Source of the DNA: an uncultured Bacilli bacterium
GTDB lineage: Bacteria; Bacillota_I; Bacilli_A; RF39; UBA660
Assembly: GCA_947591505.1 (NCBI GenBank)
Contig: CANQDM010000003.1
Span: 1 to 39,733 of the forward strand
Length of the DNA: 39,733 nt
Reading direction: 5' to 3'
Positions within the stretch are counted from its first letter, which is position 1. Each line of letters begins with the position of its first letter. Position numbers and translations under genes: made by a program. Below the pieces are notes generated by a model. That model saw only the letters and a program-made list of their open reading frames with translations, was not told the DNA's origin and ran no database searches. This document shows, in pieces, positions 17,975-26,969 of this stretch.

Positions 17975-19170
17975 TTTTCACCCTTCATTTCTTTATGTAC
18001 TTTATTTAAATTATTTTCGACTAAATTATTCTTATGTCTATAATATTTAGCATCTTTAATATTATCTGGTAAGTATTGTTGTTTAACCCAATCATGCGGA
18101 TAATTATGGGGATATAAGTAATCTTTACTATTTGTTTTAATATGATTTGGTACATTACCAGTATTACCTTTATGAATATCATTTAAGGCTTCATCTATAG
18201 CTGTTATAGCACTATTACTTTTAGGAGACAACGCCATTTCTATGGCAATCTCAGCAATGGGAATACGTGCTTCCGGTAAACCAACCCGCTCAGCAGCATT
18301 AATCGCGGCATCTAGTCTCGGACCAATACCAGGATTAGCAAGGCCGATATCTTCATAAGCAATAACAGATAATCTTCTAAAAATACTATCTAAATCTTCA
18401 GCTTCAATGAGTCTCGCAATATAATGAAGTGTAGCATCGACATCACTACCACGGATTGATTTTTGTAAAGCACTTAAGACATCATAATGCCCATCTTCAT
18501 TTTTATCATGAAAGAATACTGGTTTACTATTAATAGATTTTACAATATCAATATTTACAATATGATTATTAGTAGAGTAGTAAGATACTTCTAATAAATT
18601 TAAAGCATTCCTGACATCTCCTGAAGAAAGTGAGGCAATATACTCTAAAGTTTTTTTATCAATCTTAATACCATCTAACTCACCAGTAGCTTTTTTTAAT
18701 ACTTTAATTATATCTTCTTCAGATAATTCATGTAATTCAAATATTTGGCATCGACTCCTAATGGCCGGATTAATTTTATGATAAGGGTTACTAGTAGTAA
18801 GCCCAATTAAAATAATTGTTCCTTTTTCAATATGGGGTAGTAATATATCTTGTTTATCTTTATTCATCCGATGGATTTCATCAATAACTAAAATTAAATC
18901 ACCATAGAATTTAGCTTCTTCAATAGCCATTTCAAAATCTTCTTTTTTGGAAGTAGTTGCATTTAAAAACTTAGTACGCATACCAATTTCTTTACTAATA
19001 GCACTAGCAATACTTGTTTTACCAATGCCTGGCTTACCATATAAAATCATCGAAAAAATCTTTTTATTTTTAATTAAATTAGTTAAAATTTTACCATTAC
19101 CTATTAAATGATCTTGACCAACAACATCACTTAACTTTTGCGGTCTTAGTTTATCTGCAAGAACTTCCAT
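17971..19170 (-). CDS. rarA: Replication-associated recombination protein A
   Basis: LADKLRP, GKPGIGKT, IDEIHR, SALQKSIRGSD, YLYPH. Confidence 0.95.
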   Translation of the reverse strand: MEVLADKLRPQKLSDVVGQDHLIGNGKILTNLIKNKKIFSMILYGKPGIGKTSIASAISKEIGMRTKFLNATTSKKEDFEMAIEEAKFYGDLILVIDEIHRMNKDKQDILLPHIEKGTIILIGLTTSNPYHKINPAIRSRCQIFELHELSEEDIIKVLKKATGELDGIKIDKKTLEYIASLSSGDVRNALNLLEVSYYSTNNHIVNIDIVKSINSKPVFFHDKNEDGHYDVLSALQKSIRGSDVDATLHYIARLIEAEDLDSIFRRLSVIAYEDIGLANPGIGPRLDAAINAAERVGLPEARIPIAEIAIEMALSPKSNSAITAIDEALNDIHKGNTGNVPNHIKTNSKDYLYPHNYPHDWVKQQYLPDNIKDAKYYRHKNNLVENNLNKVHKEMKGEK

Positions 19171-19259
19171 TTGTAATTCACCTAACTTCTAATAACTATT
19201 ATATCAAAATAAAACCTATTAATAAATATTTTGTGCTATAATTTAAATAGTGATGTTAA

Positions 19260-20147
19260 GTGAAAAATAAAGAAATAACTAATAAATATACCGAAGAATA
19301 TTTAAATTATTTAAAATATGTGCGTAAACTATCTAATAACACTTATGAATCATATCGTTATAATTTAATAAAAGTGGGTGAATACTTTAAAAATGATAAT
19401 CTTTTAAATTTATCAGAAGATGATATTAGAACTTTTTTATATAAATCTTCTGAAAGTAGTAAAACAAATGCTCATTATTTAACTGTTTTAAAATCATTTT
19501 ATGATTATATGTTAGATCTTGACCATATTAAACTAAATCCATGTGCTAACATAAAAATGCCTAAACTAGAAAAAAGTTTACCTAAATTTTTATCTGTTGA
19601 AGAAGTAGATAAGTTACTTGATATAGACTTAAAAAAACCTATTGATTATCGTAATAAAGCTATGTTAGAGGTATTATACGCAACAGGTATGCGTATAAGC
19701 GAATTACTTAATTTAACTTTAGCAAATTATAATTATGAAGATGCTTCTATTAAAGTAATGGGAAAAGGTAGTAAAGAGCGATATATTCCTTTAAGTGATG
19801 TTGCTATGAAATATTTAAATTTATATCTAAATGAATATCGTGGTTATATTTTAAAAACTAATACATCTGATTATATATTCGTAAATTATAATGGTAAGAG
19901 AATGAGTAGACAAGGATTTTTTAAAATACTTAAATCTTTATGCCAAAAGAGTGGTATTAATAAAGAAATATCACCACATATTTTAAGACATTCATTTGCA
20001 ACTCATTTACTTAATAATGGAGCAGATTTAAGAATTATTCAAGAACTCTTAGGACATGCTAGTATTTCTACTACAGAAATATATTCTCATATATCTAATG
20101 AAAAAATAAAAAAGGATTATGAAAAACATCCTCATTATAAAAAATAA
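19260..20147 (+). CDS. xerD: Tyrosine recombinase, XerD type
   Basis: LYATGMRISE, GKGSKER, SPHILRHSFATHLL..GADLR..QELLGH....T.IY; C-terminal HP. Confidence 0.85.
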   Translation: MKNKEITNKYTEEYLNYLKYVRKLSNNTYESYRYNLIKVGEYFKNDNLLNLSEDDIRTFLYKSSESSKTNAHYLTVLKSFYDYMLDLDHIKLNPCANIKMPKLEKSLPKFLSVEEVDKLLDIDLKKPIDYRNKAMLEVLYATGMRISELLNLTLANYNYEDASIKVMGKGSKERYIPLSDVAMKYLNLYLNEYRGYILKTNTSDYIFVNYNGKRMSRQGFFKILKSLCQKSGINKEISPHILRHSFATHLLNNGADLRIIQELLGHASISTTEIYSHISNEKIKKDYEKHPHYKK

Positions 20148-20174
20148 GGAAGATATTTAATCATCTTCCTATTT
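20142..20174. terminator. Bidirectional terminator between xerD and the small ORF
   Basis: GGAAGAT/ATCTTCC stem flanked by AAATA/TATTT. Confidence 0.6.
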
Positions 20175-20180
20175 AAGTAA

Positions 20181-20318
20181 TTATTTACTACGATTATTAC
20201 TACGGCTGTTATTACTTCTACTGTTGCATGATTGACTTCTGTTGTTAGCTTTATTATTAGCTTCTTTTCTGTTATTTGCTTGGCTTCTATTATTAGCCTT
20301 AGAGTTATTATTTCTCAT
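20181..20318 (-). CDS. Small basic Asn/Ser/Arg-rich protein (45 aa), possibly a spore protein
   Basis: MRNNNSKANNRSQANNRKEANNKANNRSQSCNSRSNNSRSNNRSK; AGGAGGT RBS; absent from the ORF track. Confidence 0.75.
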   Translation of the reverse strand: MRNNNSKANNRSQANNRKEANNKANNRSQSCNSRSNNSRSNNRSK

Positions 20319-20337
20319 ATTTCTTACCTCCTGGTAT

Positions 20338-20366
20338 TATTATGGCTAAATACCTATAAATAATAC
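20338..20366 (-). promoter_or_regulatory. sigmaG-like promoter
   Basis: Minus strand GTATT, 17 bp, CATAATA. Confidence 0.5.
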
Positions 20367-20416
20367 TTAGAATGATAAGTTTATATTGGTAATAAATGGG
20401 CTAAAATTACCAATAT

Positions 20417-21163
20417 TTAGAAAATAAAATGATTAATAATAATTAATATTATTCCGATAATTAAACCTAAATAGATATGTTTGTTTTCTTTATATGAGAG
20501 AGCCTTAGGAAGCATTTCTTCAATGGATAAAGTAATCATAATACCTGCCACAAACAATAAAACTATACTAATCATCGTATTAGTTATATAATTTTTTAAA
20601 AATAAATAAGCAATTAATGCTCCCATGGGCTCAGCTAAACCAGAGAGAAGAGTAGTAGTAAGTGCTTTTTTCTTTGATTTAGTGGCATAGTATATTGGAA
20701 CCGCAATCGAAATTCCTTCCGGAATATTATGAAACATAATGGCCAGAGATAATTTAAGACCCAAGTTAATATCCTGCACACTACCTATAAAGGTAGCAAT
20801 TCCTTCCGGAAAATTATGAAGTAATAAGGCAATCATACTTAAAATGCCTAATTTATATAGTGAATCATTATTATCTTTAATGAGTTTATTAATAATAAAT
20901 ACTGCTAAACTTCCTAAAGCTAATGATAAGATAATAATAAATAAAGCTTTAGATATTTTATATTCAAATAAAATAGTAAATAAAGATGATGGAATTAAAT
21001 CAGTTATACTAATACCAATCATTATGGCAATTGAAAAAGATAAGCAAAAAGTAATAAACTTATTTATTTTCTTATTATCTATTTTAAAGAAGATAATAAT
21101 ACCACCTAATAAAGTAGACATACCAGCAAGTGTTGATATTAAAAAGGCATTTAATGTATTCAA
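20417..21163 (-). CDS. zupT: ZIP family metal transporter
   Basis: LHNFPEG and FHNIPEG motifs, SGLAEP, multiple TM helices. Confidence 0.88.
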   Translation of the reverse strand: MNTLNAFLISTLAGMSTLLGGIIIFFKIDNKKINKFITFCLSFSIAIMIGISITDLIPSSLFTILFEYKISKALFIIILSLALGSLAVFIINKLIKDNNDSLYKLGILSMIALLLHNFPEGIATFIGSVQDINLGLKLSLAIMFHNIPEGISIAVPIYYATKSKKKALTTTLLSGLAEPMGALIAYLFLKNYITNTMISIVLLFVAGIMITLSIEEMLPKALSYKENKHIYLGLIIGIILIIINHFIF

Positions 21164-21257
21164 AAATAATCACCTAATTAAACTTATGATTATTTATGAT
21201 AATTAATTAAAAAGAGTAGTAATACTACAAATACTTATATTTTATTTCTCAAGGTTT

Positions 21258-21285
21258 GGTTAACATAATATACATTATGCCATTT
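21258..21285 (-). other. Chromosomal dif site
   Basis: Minus strand AAATGGCATAA-TGTATA-TTATGTTAACC; 21 contiguous bases match E. coli dif; sits at the gene-orientation switch. Confidence 0.85.
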
Positions 21286-21546
21286 TTGTACATGCAATAT
21301 TTTTGACTTAACAATTACTGATTTTACTACTATTTAGGCTATATTATAAATAATTATTACAATAATTAATAAAAATTCAAACTTTAAATTTTATTTATAA
21401 TTAAATTAATTTTTAAAATAATAATATTGAGAATATATTATAACCTTATTTATATTTTTAATTAGGATATAATACGCGTATATCCTATATTAATATATTA
21501 TATAAGGATATATAATAATTAATTTAAAAAGGGTAAGGTTAACTCC

Positions 21547-22410
21547 TTATTTAACAGGCTTAACAGGAGTGGAACTTACCCAATGATATTCATCATTTTT
21601 ATCTTTTTTATATGTATGCTTATAAAGTGTGCCATACTTTTTCATGAATTTATAATCTATTTTTTCTTTTTTATCATAATTCTTTGTACATTCATCATTT
21701 TTATCTAGAGTAGTGTAATTTTTATAACATTCACTACTATTAATCTTTAAAAAGTAATCATATATTGTTAAAGTACTACCCTTCTCTGTTGCTTTTTCAA
21801 CAATTCGATAAATTGCTGATGTTCCATCAATAATATATGTATATGTCTCTGATTTACCACAATAATAATAATTGTCTTTTAAGTAGCAAATGTGAGAATT
21901 ATCATAGTAAAATGCTTCATCGCTTTTAATTTTTTCGCCAAATATTTTTTGATATGCATCTTCTATTGTAGATTTCTTTATTTTGGCAACACTGCATTTA
22001 CCAGTATCTTCATCAGAGCCAAATATCATATCATCAATTTTACATGTTTCTTTCTTTTTAGTTTTATCATACTCTTCTATTTCGGCGCCTTTAACATTAG
22101 CTTTTTGATATGCAAGGCATAATTTAATGTCTGCACTCAATTCTTTAGAAGTTATTTTTTTATCAGCATAATTAGAAAGGCCATTACAATTATTTAAATC
22201 ATCTGGCATTAAATAACTATGCAATTCCTTGACTAATTTATCATCTGTTGCAAGTTGTTTACCATTAATTAATCTATTAGCGATTAAAAATACTACTATT
22301 AGAGCTAATATTATAAGCATTGTTTTTAATAACTTATCTTGGGAAACTGTAATTTTAGCAAACTTTTTTTCACGAGCTTTTTTTTCGACCTCTTTTTTAT
22401 TACTTTTCAT
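21547..22410 (-). CDS. Membrane-anchored Cys-rich hypothetical protein
   Basis: Basic N-terminus, one TM helix, 8 Cys in the following domain. Confidence 0.75.
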   Translation of the reverse strand: MKSNKKEVEKKAREKKFAKITVSQDKLLKTMLIILALIVVFLIANRLINGKQLATDDKLVKELHSYLMPDDLNNCNGLSNYADKKITSKELSADIKLCLAYQKANVKGAEIEEYDKTKKKETCKIDDMIFGSDEDTGKCSVAKIKKSTIEDAYQKIFGEKIKSDEAFYYDNSHICYLKDNYYYCGKSETYTYIIDGTSAIYRIVEKATEKGSTLTIYDYFLKINSSECYKNYTTLDKNDECTKNYDKKEKIDYKFMKKYGTLYKHTYKKDKNDEYHWVSSTPVKPVK

Positions 22411-22420
22411 TTACTTACCT

Positions 22421-23197
22421 CTAAACTTTTCTGGATTGTATCTCTGCAATTTTTTCAAATACTTCCGCAGCATTCGCTTCATTTATTTCATTATACCCAA
22501 GTTCTCTTAAAGCTTGAATTTTAGTTGTATTAAGTTGTTGCGTTCTAGATAATTTTTCTTCCTTTTTAGCCTCTATTTCTTGAACAAAACGTTTTCTACT
22601 CTCCACCACTTTACTTTTACTAGCACCGCCATTATTGTATAGAGTTAAAGCAGAATATAAGATACTTTCAAATATATATTGTTTGTCTTCATCAAACGCA
22701 TATTCTTCTGGATCAATAAAGCCATTTGTTTTAGCCATATATGCTAAAATATATTTAATTTCTGGTACATTATCCATAGATTGTAAAAAATTATATAAAT
22801 ATTTAACTGCATGAAGCCCACTATTAGATGAATCATCATCTTCTAATTTTTCTTTTAGGATAAAAGCAATATCATTTAATAATATTCTTCTCTCTTTATC
22901 AAGGCCTTTTAAATCTAGGAATGAATCAAGGTCATTACCATTCTTAACGCCAATATTAAGTCTTTTTTCCACTGCCATTAAGTACTCAGTATCAACTTTA
23001 ATCTTACCTATTTCTTCATTAGTACCTTCTTTTAAATCTAAAAGTTGTAATAATAAGATTTTCTTCTCTTTTGGCCACTTATCTAAACTATCTAAAACTA
23101 GATAATTATAGACCATTTGTCTTGATACTCCCAAATACTTTGAAAGTCTTACTTTTGAAACCCCTAATTCTTGTAATAAATTGTTTAACTTATCCAT
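22421..23197 (-). CDS. HTH-domain protein with unknown C-terminal domain
   Basis: N-terminal SKVRLSKYLGVSRQMVYNY; promoter TTGACA-18-TATAAT at 23258-23229. Confidence 0.7.
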   Translation of the reverse strand: MDKLNNLLQELGVSKVRLSKYLGVSRQMVYNYLVLDSLDKWPKEKKILLLQLLDLKEGTNEEIGKIKVDTEYLMAVEKRLNIGVKNGNDLDSFLDLKGLDKERRILLNDIAFILKEKLEDDDSSNSGLHAVKYLYNFLQSMDNVPEIKYILAYMAKTNGFIDPEEYAFDEDKQYIFESILYSALTLYNNGGASKSKVVESRKRFVQEIEAKKEEKLSRTQQLNTTKIQALRELGYNEINEANAAEVFEKIAEIQSRKV

Positions 23198-23272
23198 GAC
23201 ACTCTCTACTTTCTACATTTACAATTTAATTATATATAACTTAACACTTTTTTGTCAACTGAAAAATGATTT

Positions 23273-23920
23273 TTATTTCAAATCATTTCTTTTTATGATA
23301 TATAATTTTTTGTTTTTATAGAAGCAATAAAAGATATCTTCTACTCTTAAATTCTCTTTATTTATGGCATATTCTAACCATGTTTTAGTTTTATGAATAT
23401 GTCTTAAAGCTTTTTCTTGTAATGATCCATCTAAAATAAGAGGCATTGGATAAGATGAAGGAATTTTAAATAAATTATACTTAAATATTGATAATTTACC
23501 ATTAGGTTCTAAAAAGGCATATTCGACATCTTCAATATTTTTAATTTCTTTTTGTCTTAAACTTAAAAGTAAGTTATCTAAACTATATCTTTGTTTAACC
23601 ATTTCATTATAATTTATTTTACCATTACAAATTATTAGGGATGGTTTGCCATCAAAAAATGTTCTAAATTTTCTTGATTTAATCGATATAAACGCTAAAA
23701 CTATTTCTAAGACAACTAAAAGTGCAATTGGAGCTATAGTTAGGAAGATACTATCTTTGATATTTTCAATTGATATAGCTATTAATTCCGCGATTAATAT
23801 TGATACCATTAAATCTATTACCCCTAACTGTCCTATTTCTCTTTTACCCATTAAACGGTAACAAAGTATAACATAAAAATAAAAGAAAGCAGTTCTAAAT
23901 AAGACTTGGAACAATTCCAT
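23273..23920 (-). CDS. DUF421 (YrbG/YetF-like) membrane protein
   Basis: RLMGKREIGQL, GKPSLII.NG, LRQK, LEPNGKLS; start moved to the ATG after an AGGTGA RBS. Confidence 0.88.
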   Translation of the reverse strand: MELFQVLFRTAFFYFYVILCYRLMGKREIGQLGVIDLMVSILIAELIAISIENIKDSIFLTIAPIALLVVLEIVLAFISIKSRKFRTFFDGKPSLIICNGKINYNEMVKQRYSLDNLLLSLRQKEIKNIEDVEYAFLEPNGKLSIFKYNLFKIPSSYPMPLILDGSLQEKALRHIHKTKTWLEYAINKENLRVEDIFYCFYKNKKLYIIKRNDLK

Positions 23921-23993
23921 ATGATCACCTACAATTATTATGGTATTATTCATATATTTTTAATCACTTTATTATAATTTAATAGGTGATCTT

Positions 23994-24359
23994 ATGAATA
24001 AATTAATTAATTATTTAAAATATGTAGGTATATTTTTAATTGTAGAGTTAGCTTTAACTTTTATTACTAGTTTATTAAATCTTTTAGGTTTAAATAGTGG
24101 TATAACATCTATTATATTATTTATAAGTAATATTATTCTCTTCTTTGTTTTGTCTTTCTATAATGCTTATAAAAAACATAGAAAAGGTTTAATAGAGGGT
24201 ATTATCATAGGAAGTATATTTATTGTTTTAATGTTTTTAATTAAAATAATTCTATTTAATGGTGGTTTAGGTATCCCTACCCTAATCTATTATTTAATTC
24301 TATTAGTTACAAGTATCCTTGCTGGTATGTTTGGGGTAAACAAAAAAAGTGAAAAATAA
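23994..24359 (+). CDS. YrzE/TIGR04086-like membrane protein
   Basis: Four TM helices, KGLIEG and terminal AGMFGVN; divergent from DUF421 gene. Confidence 0.7.
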   Translation: MNKLINYLKYVGIFLIVELALTFITSLLNLLGLNSGITSIILFISNIILFFVLSFYNAYKKHRKGLIEGIIIGSIFIVLMFLIKIILFNGGLGIPTLIYYLILLVTSILAGMFGVNKKSEK

Positions 24360-24368
24360 TCACTTTTT
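24344..24368. terminator. Bidirectional terminator
   Basis: AAAAAGTGA/TCACTTTTT inverted repeat between convergent genes. Confidence 0.6.
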
Positions 24369-24407
24369 AAATTTCTAATATATATTTATTCTAATTTTAA
24401 TACTTAA

Positions 24408-25277
24408 TTATTTAATTAATAAATTTCTAATTTGGGCTATATTTTCATTTTGAATAGCTATATAATCATTAGCTGTATCATCATTAGTTATTACATCATT
24501 TATTTTTAATATTTTAGCTTTATTTTTATCTACTAATTCACTAATTAAATCAGTATTTTTTTCACTAGTTAATTGTAATATCGTATCATATTTAGAATTT
24601 TTAAATTTGTTTTTAATATCAGTTAAAGCATTTTCACTACCAGATGCCTCTATTTCTTCTAAAGATATTACGGTAAATCCATAACCTTCTAAATATTTTA
24701 GGGTATTAGATGATACTACTAAAGTATTATTATCAAGTTCTTTTGCTTCTTTAGCAATATTTCTAAGTTCCGCATCTATCCAGGATACTTTAGCATATAA
24801 TTCATCATACTTTTTATTAATTTCTTCTTCTTTTAAAGTGTTATTTAAATATTCTGTTAAAGATGTTTTAATATTTTTAGCAAGCATTAAAAAGTTATTT
24901 GGAGCAAGCCATAGTTCCTCAATATCATTATGATAATTTAAACCATATGAAGCATCAATAATAAGTAATTCATCATTTTTATTTAAAAATGATTTAGCTA
25001 TTTCTTTTTCATTACCTACTCCAACATAAACAAATAAATCACCTTTAGAATATTCATCTATTTGTTTACTTGTTAATTTATATTTATCTAGATTAACCCC
25101 ATTAGGATAAATGCTATCAACAGTACTATTATTACCATATAAATATTCCGTAATAAATTCAACCGGATAAACTGTTGTATAAATAGTAGCATTATCTAAA
25201 TTAGCATTATTTCCACGACAAGCACTCGTTAAAAATAGTATACAAAACACTAATACTAATAATTTTATTTTTTTCAT
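24408..25277 (-). CDS. ZnuA/AdcA-like solute-binding lipoprotein with atypical ligands
   Basis: Lipobox LTSAC, TTVYPVEFI, SIYPNG, DLFVYVG, WLAP. Confidence 0.75.
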   Translation of the reverse strand: MKKIKLLVLVFCILFLTSACRGNNANLDNATIYTTVYPVEFITEYLYGNNSTVDSIYPNGVNLDKYKLTSKQIDEYSKGDLFVYVGVGNEKEIAKSFLNKNDELLIIDASYGLNYHNDIEELWLAPNNFLMLAKNIKTSLTEYLNNTLKEEEINKKYDELYAKVSWIDAELRNIAKEAKELDNNTLVVSSNTLKYLEGYGFTVISLEEIEASGSENALTDIKNKFKNSKYDTILQLTSEKNTDLISELVDKNKAKILKINDVITNDDTANDYIAIQNENIAQIRNLLIK

Positions 25278-25307
25278 TTTATCACTCTATTTCTAAATAC
25301 TATTTTA

Positions 25308-25922
25308 CTATATTAAATTATTTTTATCAACTAAGTATGTTGTTACTAAAAGTAAAATACTAGATACTAAATAAGCCCCGATTACATCTGTAGCAAAATG
25401 AGCACCTAGATATATTCTACTTATACCTATTAGAATTGGTAATATAATTAAAATAACTCTCAAAATGTTTTTTAAGCCACTTTTTAAATCAGTTTTATTA
25501 ACTAAATATAATAATATACCATAAATAGTTACTGAAGCCATTGTATGCCCACTAGGAAAACTATAACTAGTTTCAATTACTAATTTTAATACTTCGGGAC
25601 GACTTCTCATTACAATTATTTTAATAACATTATTTAAAATAGTTGAAATAATTATAACACTAGCAGTTAAATATGCCATATTTTTCTTCTTACAAATTAG
25701 AAATACTACAAATAATATAACCGATAATGCCACTATAAAAGGAGTACTTCCAAAAAAAGTAATTACTTTAAATATACCATTTATTATATTATTCATTTTA
25801 AAAGTACATAAGTTATAAATAAATGTATCAATTGATGATACTAAATCCAATTTAACTAATATGCTTAAAATAATAAATATAAGAGTTAAAAAGGAAGCAA
25901 TATATAATCTAGTTTTCTTCAT
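25308..25922 (-). CDS. PAP2 family phosphatase
   Basis: K...MRSRP, SFPSGH, SRIYLGAHFATDV; start moved to MKKTRLY. Confidence 0.9.
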   Translation of the reverse strand: MKKTRLYIASFLTLIFIILSILVKLDLVSSIDTFIYNLCTFKMNNIINGIFKVITFFGSTPFIVALSVILFVVFLICKKKNMAYLTASVIIISTILNNVIKIIVMRSRPEVLKLVIETSYSFPSGHTMASVTIYGILLYLVNKTDLKSGLKNILRVILIILPILIGISRIYLGAHFATDVIGAYLVSSILLLVTTYLVDKNNLI

Positions 25923-26958
25923 ACTTATTACTTCCTTTAAAAACAAATTCTCTTTGAATAATTAAATTAATAATGCAAAGTAAGAAATCAATTACTATTT
26001 TTATTAATATAACTGATATATTTAGTAAACTATATAAATATGTAACAAAGCAACCAGAAATAAACATTTGAATTATTGCTAAAATATAATACTTAATCAA
26101 TGAAGAAATACTCATATCTTTAAATATTAAATTAGAATTCAAAATATAATTATAAATAGATGATACTAATCTTGCAAGAATAGTTGCAGCAAGTATTTTA
26201 GAATTGATATCTAAGATACCTAGAATAGCTGCAAATAGGGCTATATCTAGTAAAAATGAACTAAATGAAGCTAGAAAATAGCGCATAAATAATTTATAAA
26301 TTAAAATTGAATCTTTTAGGGGATTAAAATGACTATTAGCATTACTATTCAAATAAATTGTTTCTATTTCTACTTCTCGAATTTTAATGTTTTTACTCTT
26401 ACAAGCAATTAACATATTAGTTTCATATTCATATCTTTCGCCAGATAAATCAATAAATGATTCCATTAATTTGCGACTCATTCCTCTAAGTCCTGTTTGC
26501 GTATCACTTATTTCTAAGCCGATAAATATTTTAAAAATATTGCGCGTAATTTTATTACCAAATTTACTTTTAGGAGGAACATAATCTAAATCAAAATTAC
26601 GAACTCCTAAAACTAATTCATCGGAATATTTAAGTAAAGTTTTAGCACAATTTTTAATATCTTTAACACTATGTTGCCCATCACAATCACAAGTAACACA
26701 TCCCTTAACATTTGGATATTCATTTAAAATATAATTAAAAGCATTTTTAATAGCTCTTCCTTTACCTAAATTTTTATAGTGATGAAAGACATCAATTTTT
26801 TGTTTTTCTAGTTTAGCAAAAAATTTATCATGTTCACTCTTACTTCCATCATTAATTACTAATATATGCTTAAATTCTTTTTGTAATTTAGTAATAAATT
26901 CATCCATTATTTTTTCATCAGGATCGAGCGTTGGTACTACAACAAATATATCGTCCAT
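25909..26958 (-). CDS. GT2 glycosyltransferase fused to a GtrA domain
   Basis: VINDGS, NLGKG.A.K, DCDGQH, DTQTGLR, SHFNPL.DS; hydrophobic C-terminal GtrA region. Confidence 0.88.
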   Translation of the reverse strand: MDDIFVVVPTLDPDEKIMDEFITKLQKEFKHILVINDGSKSEHDKFFAKLEKQKIDVFHHYKNLGKGRAIKNAFNYILNEYPNVKGCVTCDCDGQHSVKDIKNCAKTLLKYSDELVLGVRNFDLDYVPPKSKFGNKITRNIFKIFIGLEISDTQTGLRGMSRKLMESFIDLSGERYEYETNMLIACKSKNIKIREVEIETIYLNSNANSHFNPLKDSILIYKLFMRYFLASFSSFLLDIALFAAILGILDINSKILAATILARLVSSIYNYILNSNLIFKDMSISSLIKYYILAIIQMFISGCFVTYLYSLLNISVILIKIVIDFLLCIINLIIQREFVFKGSNKYEEN

Positions 26959-26969
26959 TCAAATCACCC

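Noticed and set aside
19260-20147. Prophage or ICE integrase
   Set aside because: Size and motifs fit a chromosomal Xer; flanked by housekeeping genes, with no att repeats or phage genes
20181-20318. Non-coding tandem repeat or CRISPR remnant
   Set aside because: Periodicity is codon-based with synonymous variation and a strong RBS; no repeat-spacer pattern seen anywhere in the window
21461-21512. Second dif-like site or hairpins in the AT-rich terminus spacer
   Set aside because: Needs a 7-bp spacer and matches the XerD arm poorly; such palindromes are expected in extremely AT-rich DNA
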